A DNA stretch of 64,000 nt from Myxococcota bacterium (GTDB taxonomy: Bacteria; Myxococcota_A; UBA9160; UBA4427): contig JAPKBZ010000009.1 of assembly GCA_028823175.1 (NCBI GenBank), positions 14,049-78,048 of the forward strand. The letters are read 5' to 3'. Shown here piece by piece: positions 18,719 to 27,161 of the stretch. Positions within the stretch are counted from its first letter, which is position 1. Every line of letters begins with the position of its first letter. The notes under the pieces were generated by a model. The model was not told where the DNA came from. It was given only the letters and a program-made list of their open reading frames with translations, and made no database searches. Both the position numbers and the translations under genes were made by a program.

Positions 18719-21700
18719 CGGACCTCGCATTCGCCGAGCCCCAATTCGCCCAGGCCCTCTGGATTGTCCTCGGGGTCACCGCGATCCTCATCTACGCCGA
18801 ACTTCGGGGCAACAACCTGCTCGACCGCTTCGTCGCAAAAACCATGCAGGCAAGGCTCGTCGATCGGCCAGGGGATTGGCGTCGCGGCTTACGAATCGCC
18901 CTGCTCTGCCTCTCGATGACGGCGATCGTCGTCGCCGCGATGCGGCCGCAATGGGGTTTCGAATTTATCGAGTCCCGCCAGGTCGGCGCCGAGATCATGG
19001 TCGCTCTGGATGTTTCGCGCTCGATGCTCGCCGAAGATGTCGCCCCCAACCGCCTCGAGAGAGCCAAGGCCGAACTCCGGGACCTTCTGCCCTACCTGGC
19101 CGGCGATCAGGTCGGCCTGATCGCTTTCGCCGGGCGCGCCAGTGTGCTCTGCCCTCTGACCCCAGATTTTGGCTTCCTGCGCGTGGTTCTGGACAATGTC
19201 GATGTCGGCAGCGTCAGCCGAGGGGGCACCCGACTCGAAGAACCCATCCGCAAGGCGACCCAAGGGTTCGGAACCACCGGCGACCTCTCACGCGTCCTTC
19301 TGCTCTTCACCGACGGCGAGGACCACGACTCCTTCCCCCTGGACGCGGCTCGGCAGGCCGCTGAGCGCGGCGTCCGCGTCATCGTGATCGGTTTCGGCGA
19401 CGAGAACGGGAGCGAGATCTATGTCAGCGACCCCCAGACCGGCGCGCGTACCCGGGTCACCGATTCCTCGGGGCGGCCGGTCATCAGCCGCCTGGACGGC
19501 GACCTTCTCCGGGAGATCGCCCTCGAAACCGACGGCGCCTACGTCCCCGCTGGCACCGGACTCCTCGATCTGAAGTCGATCTTCGAGGCCCATATTCGTC
19601 CCCTCATGCGGGCCACCGGCGAAAGCCGGGGGCGGACGGTTCAAAAAGATGGGTTCCAGTGGGCCCTGCTTGTCGCTTTGCTGGCCCTGCTCGCGAGCAC
19701 CTTCGGTCGCGTGAGCCGCCGGGGCCTCGCTCCACTTCTTCTCCTCGCCCTCGGCTTGGCCGCCGCGCCGGAGAGTTGGGCCCAAGTCGCCCCGGCCGCA
19801 CCGCCCGCCCCGGAAATCTCGGGCGAGGATGACCCCGATCCCAACCCCGCGCTGAACCGGATCGAGGTGCCCGAGGATGCCCGAGAGGCCTACAACACCG
19901 GGCTCGGCGCGCTGAACTCGGGTGATCTGGAGGAAGCCGAACGCCTGCTCGAAGCAGCACGCCAGACCTCCGGCGCCGATGGCGAGGCGCGTTACCGCGC
20001 CACCTACAATTTGGGCTGGGTCGAAATCGTGAGAGCAGACGCCACCCTGGAACCCGCGCCCCCGGAAGCCTTGAGCCATCTCGAGCGCTCCGCCGACTGG
20101 TTCCGAGAGGCCATTGCCCTGCGGCCCGGGGACGCGGCTCCCCGGCGCAACCTCGAGATCGTACTCCAGCGAGCGCTGACCCTCGCGGATTCCCTGGCCC
20201 AAGGCGCCGAGGGCGACCTCGCCAGCCGCCTGGACACCCTGATCGAGGAGCAACGCGCCGCGGCCGCGGCAATCCGCCAGCTCTCGGAAGCCGTGAGCGC
20301 CGACCCCCAGGCCCACCTGGGAGAGAGTTCGAGGCCCCTTTTCAAGGCCACCGCCCTGGCCGAGAGGCAGACCCTGGCCAGTGCCCACGCGCTCAGCCGC
20401 CTGGCCGGAGACGAACTCGAAGGCTTGAAGAATAGCGGCGACCAGGAGCTCACTCCGGAGCAGCGGATGCGCGCGCAGCAGCTCGAGTCGCTGCTCGCGT
20501 ACCTCCATCCGGCACGGGAGCGGATCGGCCAGGCCCGCAGCCAGTTGCGGCGAAAACAAGCGGTCCGGGCCCACCGACGCGCCAGTTCCGGGCTCTCCAT
20601 GCTCAAGCGCGCGCGGGAACAGTTGCAGAACCCGGTGCAAATCCTCGATGGCCTGATGGGCGACACCGTGCGCATCGCCTCGGAGACCCGCACCCTGGCC
20701 GCGGCCTCCACCGCTCTTATCGCACCCGGCGAGGGCTCCTCACCAGCACCCGCCTGGCTCGACAGCGAATACCTGGCCGATGATCAGGACGAGATCGCCG
20801 AGAGGAGCGCCGAACTCGACGCGAAGCTCACGGCTGGACTCGAGCAGGGGGGTGAGGACCTGGAACCCGAGCAGAGAGCCCTCCTCGAACAACTGCGAGC
20901 CGCGCAGCCCTACCTAGGCGAAGCCACCGAGGAACTCGTCTCGGGCAGCTTCGCGCTGCGCGAGCAGCAGCTCGTCGAAGCGAGCAATGCCCAGGCCCGC
21001 GCCCTGGCCGCCCTGGCCGAGGCCAGGGAACAATTTCTCGACCTCAAGGGATTGATCGAAGTCGCCCACGCCGACGAAAAGCGCATCGCCTCGGTCTTCG
21101 ACGAAGCCGAAGCCAACCCCGAGCTCGAACTCGGAGAATACGCTCCCAGCCTCCAGAGACTCCAGCAACGCAATCTCGACCGAGCCGAGCGAATGGGTAC
21201 AAGGGTCGACGCGATGGCCGAACAACTCGTGAACTCCCCGCCCGAGGACGCGGCGGAGGCCGAAGCCGAGGGGAAGCGCCTGGAACTCGCCCAGGGCATC
21301 CTCGCCCTGAGCGAATCGAGCATGCGGGGCGCCCTGGAATCCATCGGGCGGCTCTCCGAAGGGCAGCAGGCCGTCGCCTCGGCCAAGGAGCGCGTCACCA
21401 CGGCGCTCGGGGGGCTCGACGCCCTGCGGCGGCTCTTCTTCACCGTAGTCGAGCACCTCAAGGACGTGGTTCGCCAGCAGATCGAACTCGGAGACGAAAC
21501 CGAAGCGGCTCCCGACCTCGGAACCCTCGAGCGCGGTCCCGGGGCCCAACGCTTGGCAGTTCATCAAAAGGGTCTGGCCGAATACAGCGAGTCGCTCGCC
21601 ACCGCCCTGCACGAACAATCCTTCGCCGACCCGGCGGATATGGCCGGCTCCGGGCCCGCCCCCGACCCCTCCCAATCCCAGGAGATGGCCGAGAAATTCA

Positions 21701-22173
21701 CCCGGGCATCCGAACTGGTCATCCTCGCCGCCGAAGACATGCTCGGCGCCGCCGAGGGAATCGCGGAAATTCCCCGAGATCCCGCGACCGACGGGGAGGA
21801 GCAAGCCGGGGACAACGAAGATCCCGCAGAAGAGGGAGAAGAGGGAGCAGGCGAGGGAAAACCGCCCTTGCTCCAGCGCGCCGAAATCCGCACGCTTCAG
21901 GATGCGGCCTCCCAGAGAATCCTTGAGGCCCTCGCAATTCTCGAGCCGCCCAACCCGGACCCGCAGGATGGAAATGACGGCGAGAACCAACCCCAGCAAG
22001 AGCCCCAGCCGCAGCCCGGCGAGGACGAAGGCGAACCCGAGCCCGAGCCCGGCGAGAACGACTCGGACCCCAGCCCACTCCTGCAATCCGTGCGTGATCG
22101 CGAGGCGGAACGCCACCGCCGGAACCGCGAGCGAAATTCGTCCGGCTATGAACCCGTCGACAAGGACTGGTAG
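18715..22173 (+). CDS. Giant VWA-TPR protein (BatB-like VWA fused to a BatC-like TPR/helical region and an acidic tail)
   Basis: 1152 aa. It contains the ALDVSRSM MIDAS motif, LLFTDGEDHD, a TM segment near residue 330, a TPR-like segment (AREAYNTGLGALNSGDLEEAERLLEAA), a long Ala/Glu/Leu helical region and a Pro/Glu/Asp-rich C-terminus. TTGA overlap with the previous gene. Confidence 0.85.
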   Translation: MTDLAFAEPQFAQALWIVLGVTAILIYAELRGNNLLDRFVAKTMQARLVDRPGDWRRGLRIALLCLSMTAIVVAAMRPQWGFEFIESRQVGAEIMVALDVSRSMLAEDVAPNRLERAKAELRDLLPYLAGDQVGLIAFAGRASVLCPLTPDFGFLRVVLDNVDVGSVSRGGTRLEEPIRKATQGFGTTGDLSRVLLLFTDGEDHDSFPLDAARQAAERGVRVIVIGFGDENGSEIYVSDPQTGARTRVTDSSGRPVISRLDGDLLREIALETDGAYVPAGTGLLDLKSIFEAHIRPLMRATGESRGRTVQKDGFQWALLVALLALLASTFGRVSRRGLAPLLLLALGLAAAPESWAQVAPAAPPAPEISGEDDPDPNPALNRIEVPEDAREAYNTGLGALNSGDLEEAERLLEAARQTSGADGEARYRATYNLGWVEIVRADATLEPAPPEALSHLERSADWFREAIALRPGDAAPRRNLEIVLQRALTLADSLAQGAEGDLASRLDTLIEEQRAAAAAIRQLSEAVSADPQAHLGESSRPLFKATALAERQTLASAHALSRLAGDELEGLKNSGDQELTPEQRMRAQQLESLLAYLHPARERIGQARSQLRRKQAVRAHRRASSGLSMLKRAREQLQNPVQILDGLMGDTVRIASETRTLAAASTALIAPGEGSSPAPAWLDSEYLADDQDEIAERSAELDAKLTAGLEQGGEDLEPEQRALLEQLRAAQPYLGEATEELVSGSFALREQQLVEASNAQARALAALAEAREQFLDLKGLIEVAHADEKRIASVFDEAEANPELELGEYAPSLQRLQQRNLDRAERMGTRVDAMAEQLVNSPPEDAAEAEAEGKRLELAQGILALSESSMRGALESIGRLSEGQQAVASAKERVTTALGGLDALRRLFFTVVEHLKDVVRQQIELGDETEAAPDLGTLERGPGAQRLAVHQKGLAEYSESLATALHEQSFADPADMAGSGPAPDPSQSQEMAEKFTRASELVILAAEDMLGAAEGIAEIPRDPATDGEEQAGDNEDPAEEGEEGAGEGKPPLLQRAEIRTLQDAASQRILEALAILEPPNPDPQDGNDGENQPQQEPQPQPGEDEGEPEPEPGENDSDPSPLLQSVRDREAERHRRNRERNSSGYEPVDKDW

Positions 22174-22179
22174 GCCGGT

Positions 22180-24030
22180 GTGATCAAGGCGTTGACGAAG
22201 GGGCGGCAGCGAAGACTTGGGGGCTTTCTCGCCCTCATGGCCGGGTTCGCCCTGGCCGGGGACGCCCTTGCCCAGGCCGCGCCGCGAGCCGAGCTCAAAG
22301 TGGGACAACCCCCCTATTACGTGGGGGTCCCCATCAGCCTCCATCTCCAGGTCGAGGGGCTCGAACGCGAACCCGAACCCAACTGCACGGGCGCCGAGGT
22401 GCCCGGCGGAAAACTCACCCTCCTCTCCATCAGCCCCAACGTCAGCACCCGGGTCACGATCACCAACGGCCGAACCCGCCGCACCGACAGCGTCACGTTC
22501 ATGTGTCGCTTCGCACTGACCGTATTACAGCCGGGCAATATTCGGGTCGGGCCCTTCAAAGCGAGCCAGGGCGCGCTTGAAGCGGAATCGCCGGTCTACG
22601 CCATCCCGGTCCAGGTGCTGGCCCGGGATCCCCGGGTCATGGTCCGTATGATCCTCCCCCAGCACGCGATCTTCGTCGGACAGCAGGTCCCCATCGGCAT
22701 CGAATGGTGGATCGCCCAGGGACTTCAGGAGAAGATCCAAAAATACGAGATTAGAAGCGAACTCTTTGAGCCCTCAAACGATTTCCGCTTTGCGCCGGGT
22801 CCCCAGCCCCAACGGGGAGAACAAACCTTGTCGGTCCTCACTCGGGAAGGTGAACTCGTCCTCCCCGCCACCGTCGAGAAGCGCAGCCATCGAGGCGAGG
22901 AATTCCTCGTGATCCGATCCGAGCGTTCCCTGACCCCCCTTCGGGCGGGCACCTTCAAACTCGGCAGCGCCACCATCTACGTCGATGAGGTCATCCGTTG
23001 GCAGCGCGATTTCTTTGGAGGCCGACGAGCCGCAGAGACCCGCCGTCTCTTCTCCCGGGACGAGGAATACCGGCTGGTGGTCCAAGACGCCCCGCGCCAA
23101 AACCGCCCCGCGAGCTATGGCGGAGCGATCGGCCGCGGATTCTCCTTCGAGGTGGCCGCCGATCGCAGCGTGGTCCAAAGAGGCGACCCCATCGCCCTGA
23201 CATTCACGGTCCGAGGCGAAGGGAGCCTTGCAAACGTGAGTCTCCCGAACCTAGAAGGACCTCAAGGCCTCCCGAAGGAATCCTTCGGACTCGCTGAAGA
23301 AGCCCCGTCGGGCAAAATCGTCGATGGCGCCAAGGTCTTCCGAATCCCAGTTCGCATCCTCGACGAGGACATCGCAGAAATCCCGGCTCTCCCCTTCTCG
23401 TGGTTCGACCCCGATCTCGGCGAGTACCAAACCTCCTATTCAAGGCCCATCGCTCTCTCGGTTCGGCCGGCCCAGCTGATCTCCGCTGCGGACGTAGTCG
23501 CTCGTGTGCAAGGGGATGAAGCCGCCGCCCCATTCGAAAGCGACGCTCCCGGGGAAACCCAGCGTCCGTCGAGCGATTCTTTCAGCCTCAGCGGAGCCGA
23601 TCTCGCCATCGAGGTCGAGCATTCCCGACTGGTGGCGAGGGGCCAACCGGGAGCCCTTTCTTTCGCGGCGGTCTACGCGCTTTCCATCGCTGCTGTGCTG
23701 GCGGCCCTCGGCTACCGCCGACGCCAGCAACGCGATCCCAAAATCGCCCGACTCCGCTCGGCGTGTCGGAAGCAAGCCCAGCGTATCGATGCGGCGGCCG
23801 GCCTACCCCAAAAGCAGGGACTCGGCGAGATCGCGTCGGCCCTGCGCGAACTGCGAAGCCTTTCCCCCGAGGCCACCGACGGAAAATGGGAGAACCTGAT
23901 CGCGGAATGCGACGCCGTCTTCTACTCGCCGGCGGCGGGTCCCGGATCCGAGGCTCATGGCGAATTGGCCCGAAGAGCGAGCGACCTGGTCGCGGAGTTC
24001 GCTCGCCACGTCTCGAGGTCGGCGAAATGA
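22180..24030 (+). CDS. BatD-family (oxygen-tolerance) protein
   Basis: 616 aa with a signal peptide, repeated beta-rich modules, a C-proximal TM helix (ALSFAAVYALSIAAVLAALGY) and a cytoplasmic tail. Its operon position is typical of BatD. Confidence 0.75.
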   Translation: MIKALTKGRQRRLGGFLALMAGFALAGDALAQAAPRAELKVGQPPYYVGVPISLHLQVEGLEREPEPNCTGAEVPGGKLTLLSISPNVSTRVTITNGRTRRTDSVTFMCRFALTVLQPGNIRVGPFKASQGALEAESPVYAIPVQVLARDPRVMVRMILPQHAIFVGQQVPIGIEWWIAQGLQEKIQKYEIRSELFEPSNDFRFAPGPQPQRGEQTLSVLTREGELVLPATVEKRSHRGEEFLVIRSERSLTPLRAGTFKLGSATIYVDEVIRWQRDFFGGRRAAETRRLFSRDEEYRLVVQDAPRQNRPASYGGAIGRGFSFEVAADRSVVQRGDPIALTFTVRGEGSLANVSLPNLEGPQGLPKESFGLAEEAPSGKIVDGAKVFRIPVRILDEDIAEIPALPFSWFDPDLGEYQTSYSRPIALSVRPAQLISAADVVARVQGDEAAAPFESDAPGETQRPSSDSFSLSGADLAIEVEHSRLVARGQPGALSFAAVYALSIAAVLAALGYRRRQQRDPKIARLRSACRKQAQRIDAAAGLPQKQGLGEIASALRELRSLSPEATDGKWENLIAECDAVFYSPAAGPGSEAHGELARRASDLVAEFARHVSRSAK

Positions 24031-24854
24031 TCAAGCGAATACAAGGGCGGGCACTCCTGCTCGGCGCGTGGCTCCTACTCGAGGTGGTTCGCCTCGCCTC
24101 GCCCTACCCCGCCGTGGCCGAAGAGTCGAAATGGCTCGAGCCCGCCATCGCCGCATACACCCAGGGAATGGAGAGCACCGAGCGAGACGAGCGCTTGCGC
24201 CATTTTTCCGATTCCGAGCGCTTTTTCTCCGCGGCGTGCCAGGGGGACATGGGCAGCGCGGACTGTTGGGCGAACCTCGGCAATGCCGCTCTCCAAGCCG
24301 AACGCCTGGGCCCCTCGATTCTCGCTTTTCGCCGGGCCCTCATCGTCGATCCCGGAAACGATCGGGCGCGCCAGAACCTGATCCACGCCCGCAGCCTCCT
24401 CGCCGATTGGGTTCCCGTCCCTGAGGCTCACGGCGTACTCGATACCTTCTTTAGCGGGCAGGCAGGCGCCTCCCCCTCTGCCCGAGCCCAGTGGGCGGCG
24501 GGGTTTTTCGCGCTGGCCGCCGCCCTGCTCGCCCTCGCCCTGGTCCGAGAGTTGACCGTCGCTCGCTACCTCGCCGTGGCGAGCGCACTGGCCTGGTTGG
24601 CCCTGATCGTTTCACTGCAACTCGACACCACCGGGCGGGCCGGACGGGAAGGGGTCATCGTGGTCCCCGATACCCCCGGCCGGGCCGCGGATTCGATCAA
24701 TGCGCCGCTTCGTTTTGGCGAGAACCTCCCGAGCGGAGCTGAAATTCGCATCCTCGAGGATCGCGGCGGCTGGCTGCACGTCGAACTCTACAACGGCCGC
24801 GACGCATGGCTCTCCGAGAGCGCGGTGGCCAGGGTCGACGGTGCCGACGACTAA
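24027..24854 (+). CDS. TPR plus SH3b-domain membrane protein (BatE-like)
   Basis: The ATG at 24027 forms an ATGA overlap with the BatD stop codon. It has a TPR-like N-domain, two TM helices and a C-terminal SH3-like GAEIRILEDRGGWLHVELYNGRDAWL. The track ORF that starts at 23763 is an over-extension. Confidence 0.75.
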   Translation: MIKRIQGRALLLGAWLLLEVVRLASPYPAVAEESKWLEPAIAAYTQGMESTERDERLRHFSDSERFFSAACQGDMGSADCWANLGNAALQAERLGPSILAFRRALIVDPGNDRARQNLIHARSLLADWVPVPEAHGVLDTFFSGQAGASPSARAQWAAGFFALAAALLALALVRELTVARYLAVASALAWLALIVSLQLDTTGRAGREGVIVVPDTPGRAADSINAPLRFGENLPSGAEIRILEDRGGWLHVELYNGRDAWLSESAVARVDGADD

Positions 24855-24868
24855 GCTCTCGGCCGCCC

Positions 24869-25645
24869 TCAGTTCTGGATCGACAGCCCGCCATCGACCA
24901 TCAAGGTCGCCCCGTTGATATAGGAACTCGCCGGGAGAACCAGGCTGAGGGTCGCATGGGCGACTTCCTCGGGTTTCCCATAGCGCCGTAGGGGAACTCG
25001 CCGCCGGGCGAACTTCGCCTTCGCCTCGTCCGGAATTCCCGAGGTCATGCCCGTTTCGATGGGACCAGGACAAACACAATTGAAGGTGACGCCGGTGTGC
25101 CCCAATTCCACCGCAAGCGCGCGAGTAAGGCCCACGACCCCATGCTTGCTCACCGTGTAGGCACTGACGAAGGGTTGGGCCCCCACCCCCTCGGTGGAGG
25201 CAATATTGACCACCCTGCCCTCACCGCCTGCCTGCAGGAGGGAGAGCGCTGCCCGCACAAAGCGGACGTGCGAAAGCAGGTTGACATCGAGCGTCTCTCC
25301 CCAACCCTCCTCGTAGTTCTCCGCATCCACCGTTGAGGGACGAGAAATCCCTGCGTTGTTGACCAGAATATCGATGGCGCCGAAACGACTGGCGACGGCC
25401 CCCACGAAGTCAGAAATAGCCGCCGCCTCGCGAACGTCGAGCGCCCAACTCTCGGCCTCTCCGCCGGCAGACCGAATCTCATCGACGACTTCTGCAACGC
25501 CCTCGCCGTTGAGATCGGCCAACGCCACACGCGCTCCCTCGTCGGCAAATAATCGAGCCGTAGCGCGACCCATCCCGCTGGCTGCACCGGTGACGATGGC
25601 GACCTTACCTTTGATCGATCGATTTAACTCGCTGAGTCTCGGCAT
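24869..25645 (-). CDS. SDR-family oxidoreductase (FabG-like)
   Basis: GKVAIVTGAASGMGRATA, NNAG and YTVSKHGVVGLTRAL. The ATG at 25645 is preceded by GGGAGAGACACAGGAA. An alternative GTG lies at 25678. Confidence 0.88.
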   Translation of the reverse strand: MPRLSELNRSIKGKVAIVTGAASGMGRATARLFADEGARVALADLNGEGVAEVVDEIRSAGGEAESWALDVREAAAISDFVGAVASRFGAIDILVNNAGISRPSTVDAENYEEGWGETLDVNLLSHVRFVRAALSLLQAGGEGRVVNIASTEGVGAQPFVSAYTVSKHGVVGLTRALAVELGHTGVTFNCVCPGPIETGMTSGIPDEAKAKFARRRVPLRRYGKPEEVAHATLSLVLPASSYINGATLMVDGGLSIQN

Positions 25646-25702
25646 TTCCTGTGTCTCTCCCTTCGCACTGGCAATCACGCCCGCTCTGCTCGCCGTCGCT
25701 GA

Positions 25703-27133
25703 TCAAGCAACAAGCCAGGGTTGCGACAGTAGGCCCATCAGGAAGAGTAGACCGAAAGCGCAGCCCCAGGAGATCCACCCATTTTGAACTTTCCCCTCGA
25801 CCCGCGATTGAACCACCAGGGACGCAGCGATAATACCGAGGATCGAGAAATTCCTGGCGAGGGCGAGCGGCCAGTCGGCTAGCCCCCCTGCTTCCAGGCT
25901 CCCACCAAACGAAAATGCCAGCACAAGAGCGGCCATCAGGAGAAGCCCAGTCAAGCGCGGGTCGAGAGATCCCCAGCGCCTTTCCAGCCACGAAGTCTCG
26001 CGAACCGTTTCTTCCTCTGGTTCGCTTTCTCGCCCGGGAGCGAAGGGGCCGAGTTGGCGAGCGCGCAACTCCTCGGTCGCCAGAGCGATGAATTCATCGT
26101 TCCGCGCCAGCACCAGGTCGACCATCCCCACATAACCCATGGGAAGAATCGGCGCTTCGTCCCGCACGCGCAGTTGCTCGTAGGGCCGAGTCGGCTGGGC
26201 GTGGTGATCCGCATGCCGAGAAAGACCGATCAGCCCGTAATAGGTAAACCAGGAGTGGGTATCCCAGGAATCGGCGGGCTGAACCCGGCGCCCCTTTCGC
26301 TCGAGGCCCCAATGCTCAAAATAGTTGACGGCCTCCAGAAAGCGGACGGCTACCAAGGCCTGAAGAAGGTAGGCAAAAAAGGCGACCGGCCCGAAAAAAT
26401 AGAGCACCCCCACTGCGCCGGCCCAGCCGACGCAAACTCCCTGGATGACGCGATTTTCAACCAAGCGACCCGGGAAGGAGCGCGCCTTGCCCCCTGCCAA
26501 ACGGTCGACTTCGAGCCGCCAGGCACTGCTGAATTGGCCCGGGACCGTGCGGCGCCAGAACTCTCGATAGCTCTCCCCGAAGCGAGCCGTGGCCGGATCC
26601 TCGGAAGTGCCAACGCGCACGTGATGGCCACGCAAGTGCTCGGTATAAAAGTGCTCATAGAGAACAGTACTCAGCATCAGCCGGCCAAGGAGACGGGAAA
26701 AGGTGTCGCTTCGATGGATCAATTCATGCGCCGTAATGATAGAAAATCCCGAACTGCCACCCACCAGCAGGAAGACCATGAGCATGTCGAAAGAGAAGAA
26801 GGACTGCAGGGAAAAGAGCCGGACCAACCCCACGAGAACCGCAAAATGAACGATCGCGAGCAGATAGACGATCATATTGAAGGGCCACGAGGGCAGCGTT
26901 TCTACAGGCTCACGTCGTTCGTGATACGGCTGTACGTCCATCCAGTGATAGGCCGCTAGAGGCGTAATGAAGAGGAGGGCCACGTACCAACGATGAGGGC
27001 CCGTCCATACAAAGGCCAAAGTATTCAGCGGTATGAGAAAAGACATGAGGTGCCCCAGCCAGATCTCAGAAATCTCACTCGGCGCCATCTCGGGAACATC
27101 TTCCAAAAGACAATCTGCTGAAGCCATGCTCAA
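25703..27133 (-). CDS. AlkB-type integral-membrane non-heme di-iron hydroxylase/desaturase with an extra C-terminal membrane domain
   Basis: 476 aa. The histidine boxes are HELIHR, EHLRGHH, NYFEHWGL and LSRHADHHA. The last ~110 aa add hydrophobic helices not expected in classical AlkB. Confidence 0.8.
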   Translation of the reverse strand: MSMASADCLLEDVPEMAPSEISEIWLGHLMSFLIPLNTLAFVWTGPHRWYVALLFITPLAAYHWMDVQPYHERREPVETLPSWPFNMIVYLLAIVHFAVLVGLVRLFSLQSFFSFDMLMVFLLVGGSSGFSIITAHELIHRSDTFSRLLGRLMLSTVLYEHFYTEHLRGHHVRVGTSEDPATARFGESYREFWRRTVPGQFSSAWRLEVDRLAGGKARSFPGRLVENRVIQGVCVGWAGAVGVLYFFGPVAFFAYLLQALVAVRFLEAVNYFEHWGLERKGRRVQPADSWDTHSWFTYYGLIGLSRHADHHAQPTRPYEQLRVRDEAPILPMGYVGMVDLVLARNDEFIALATEELRARQLGPFAPGRESEPEEETVRETSWLERRWGSLDPRLTGLLLMAALVLAFSFGGSLEAGGLADWPLALARNFSILGIIAASLVVQSRVEGKVQNGWISWGCAFGLLFLMGLLSQPWLVA

Positions 27134-27161
27134 ACTCTCCTAGAGACACACCTATTATTGG

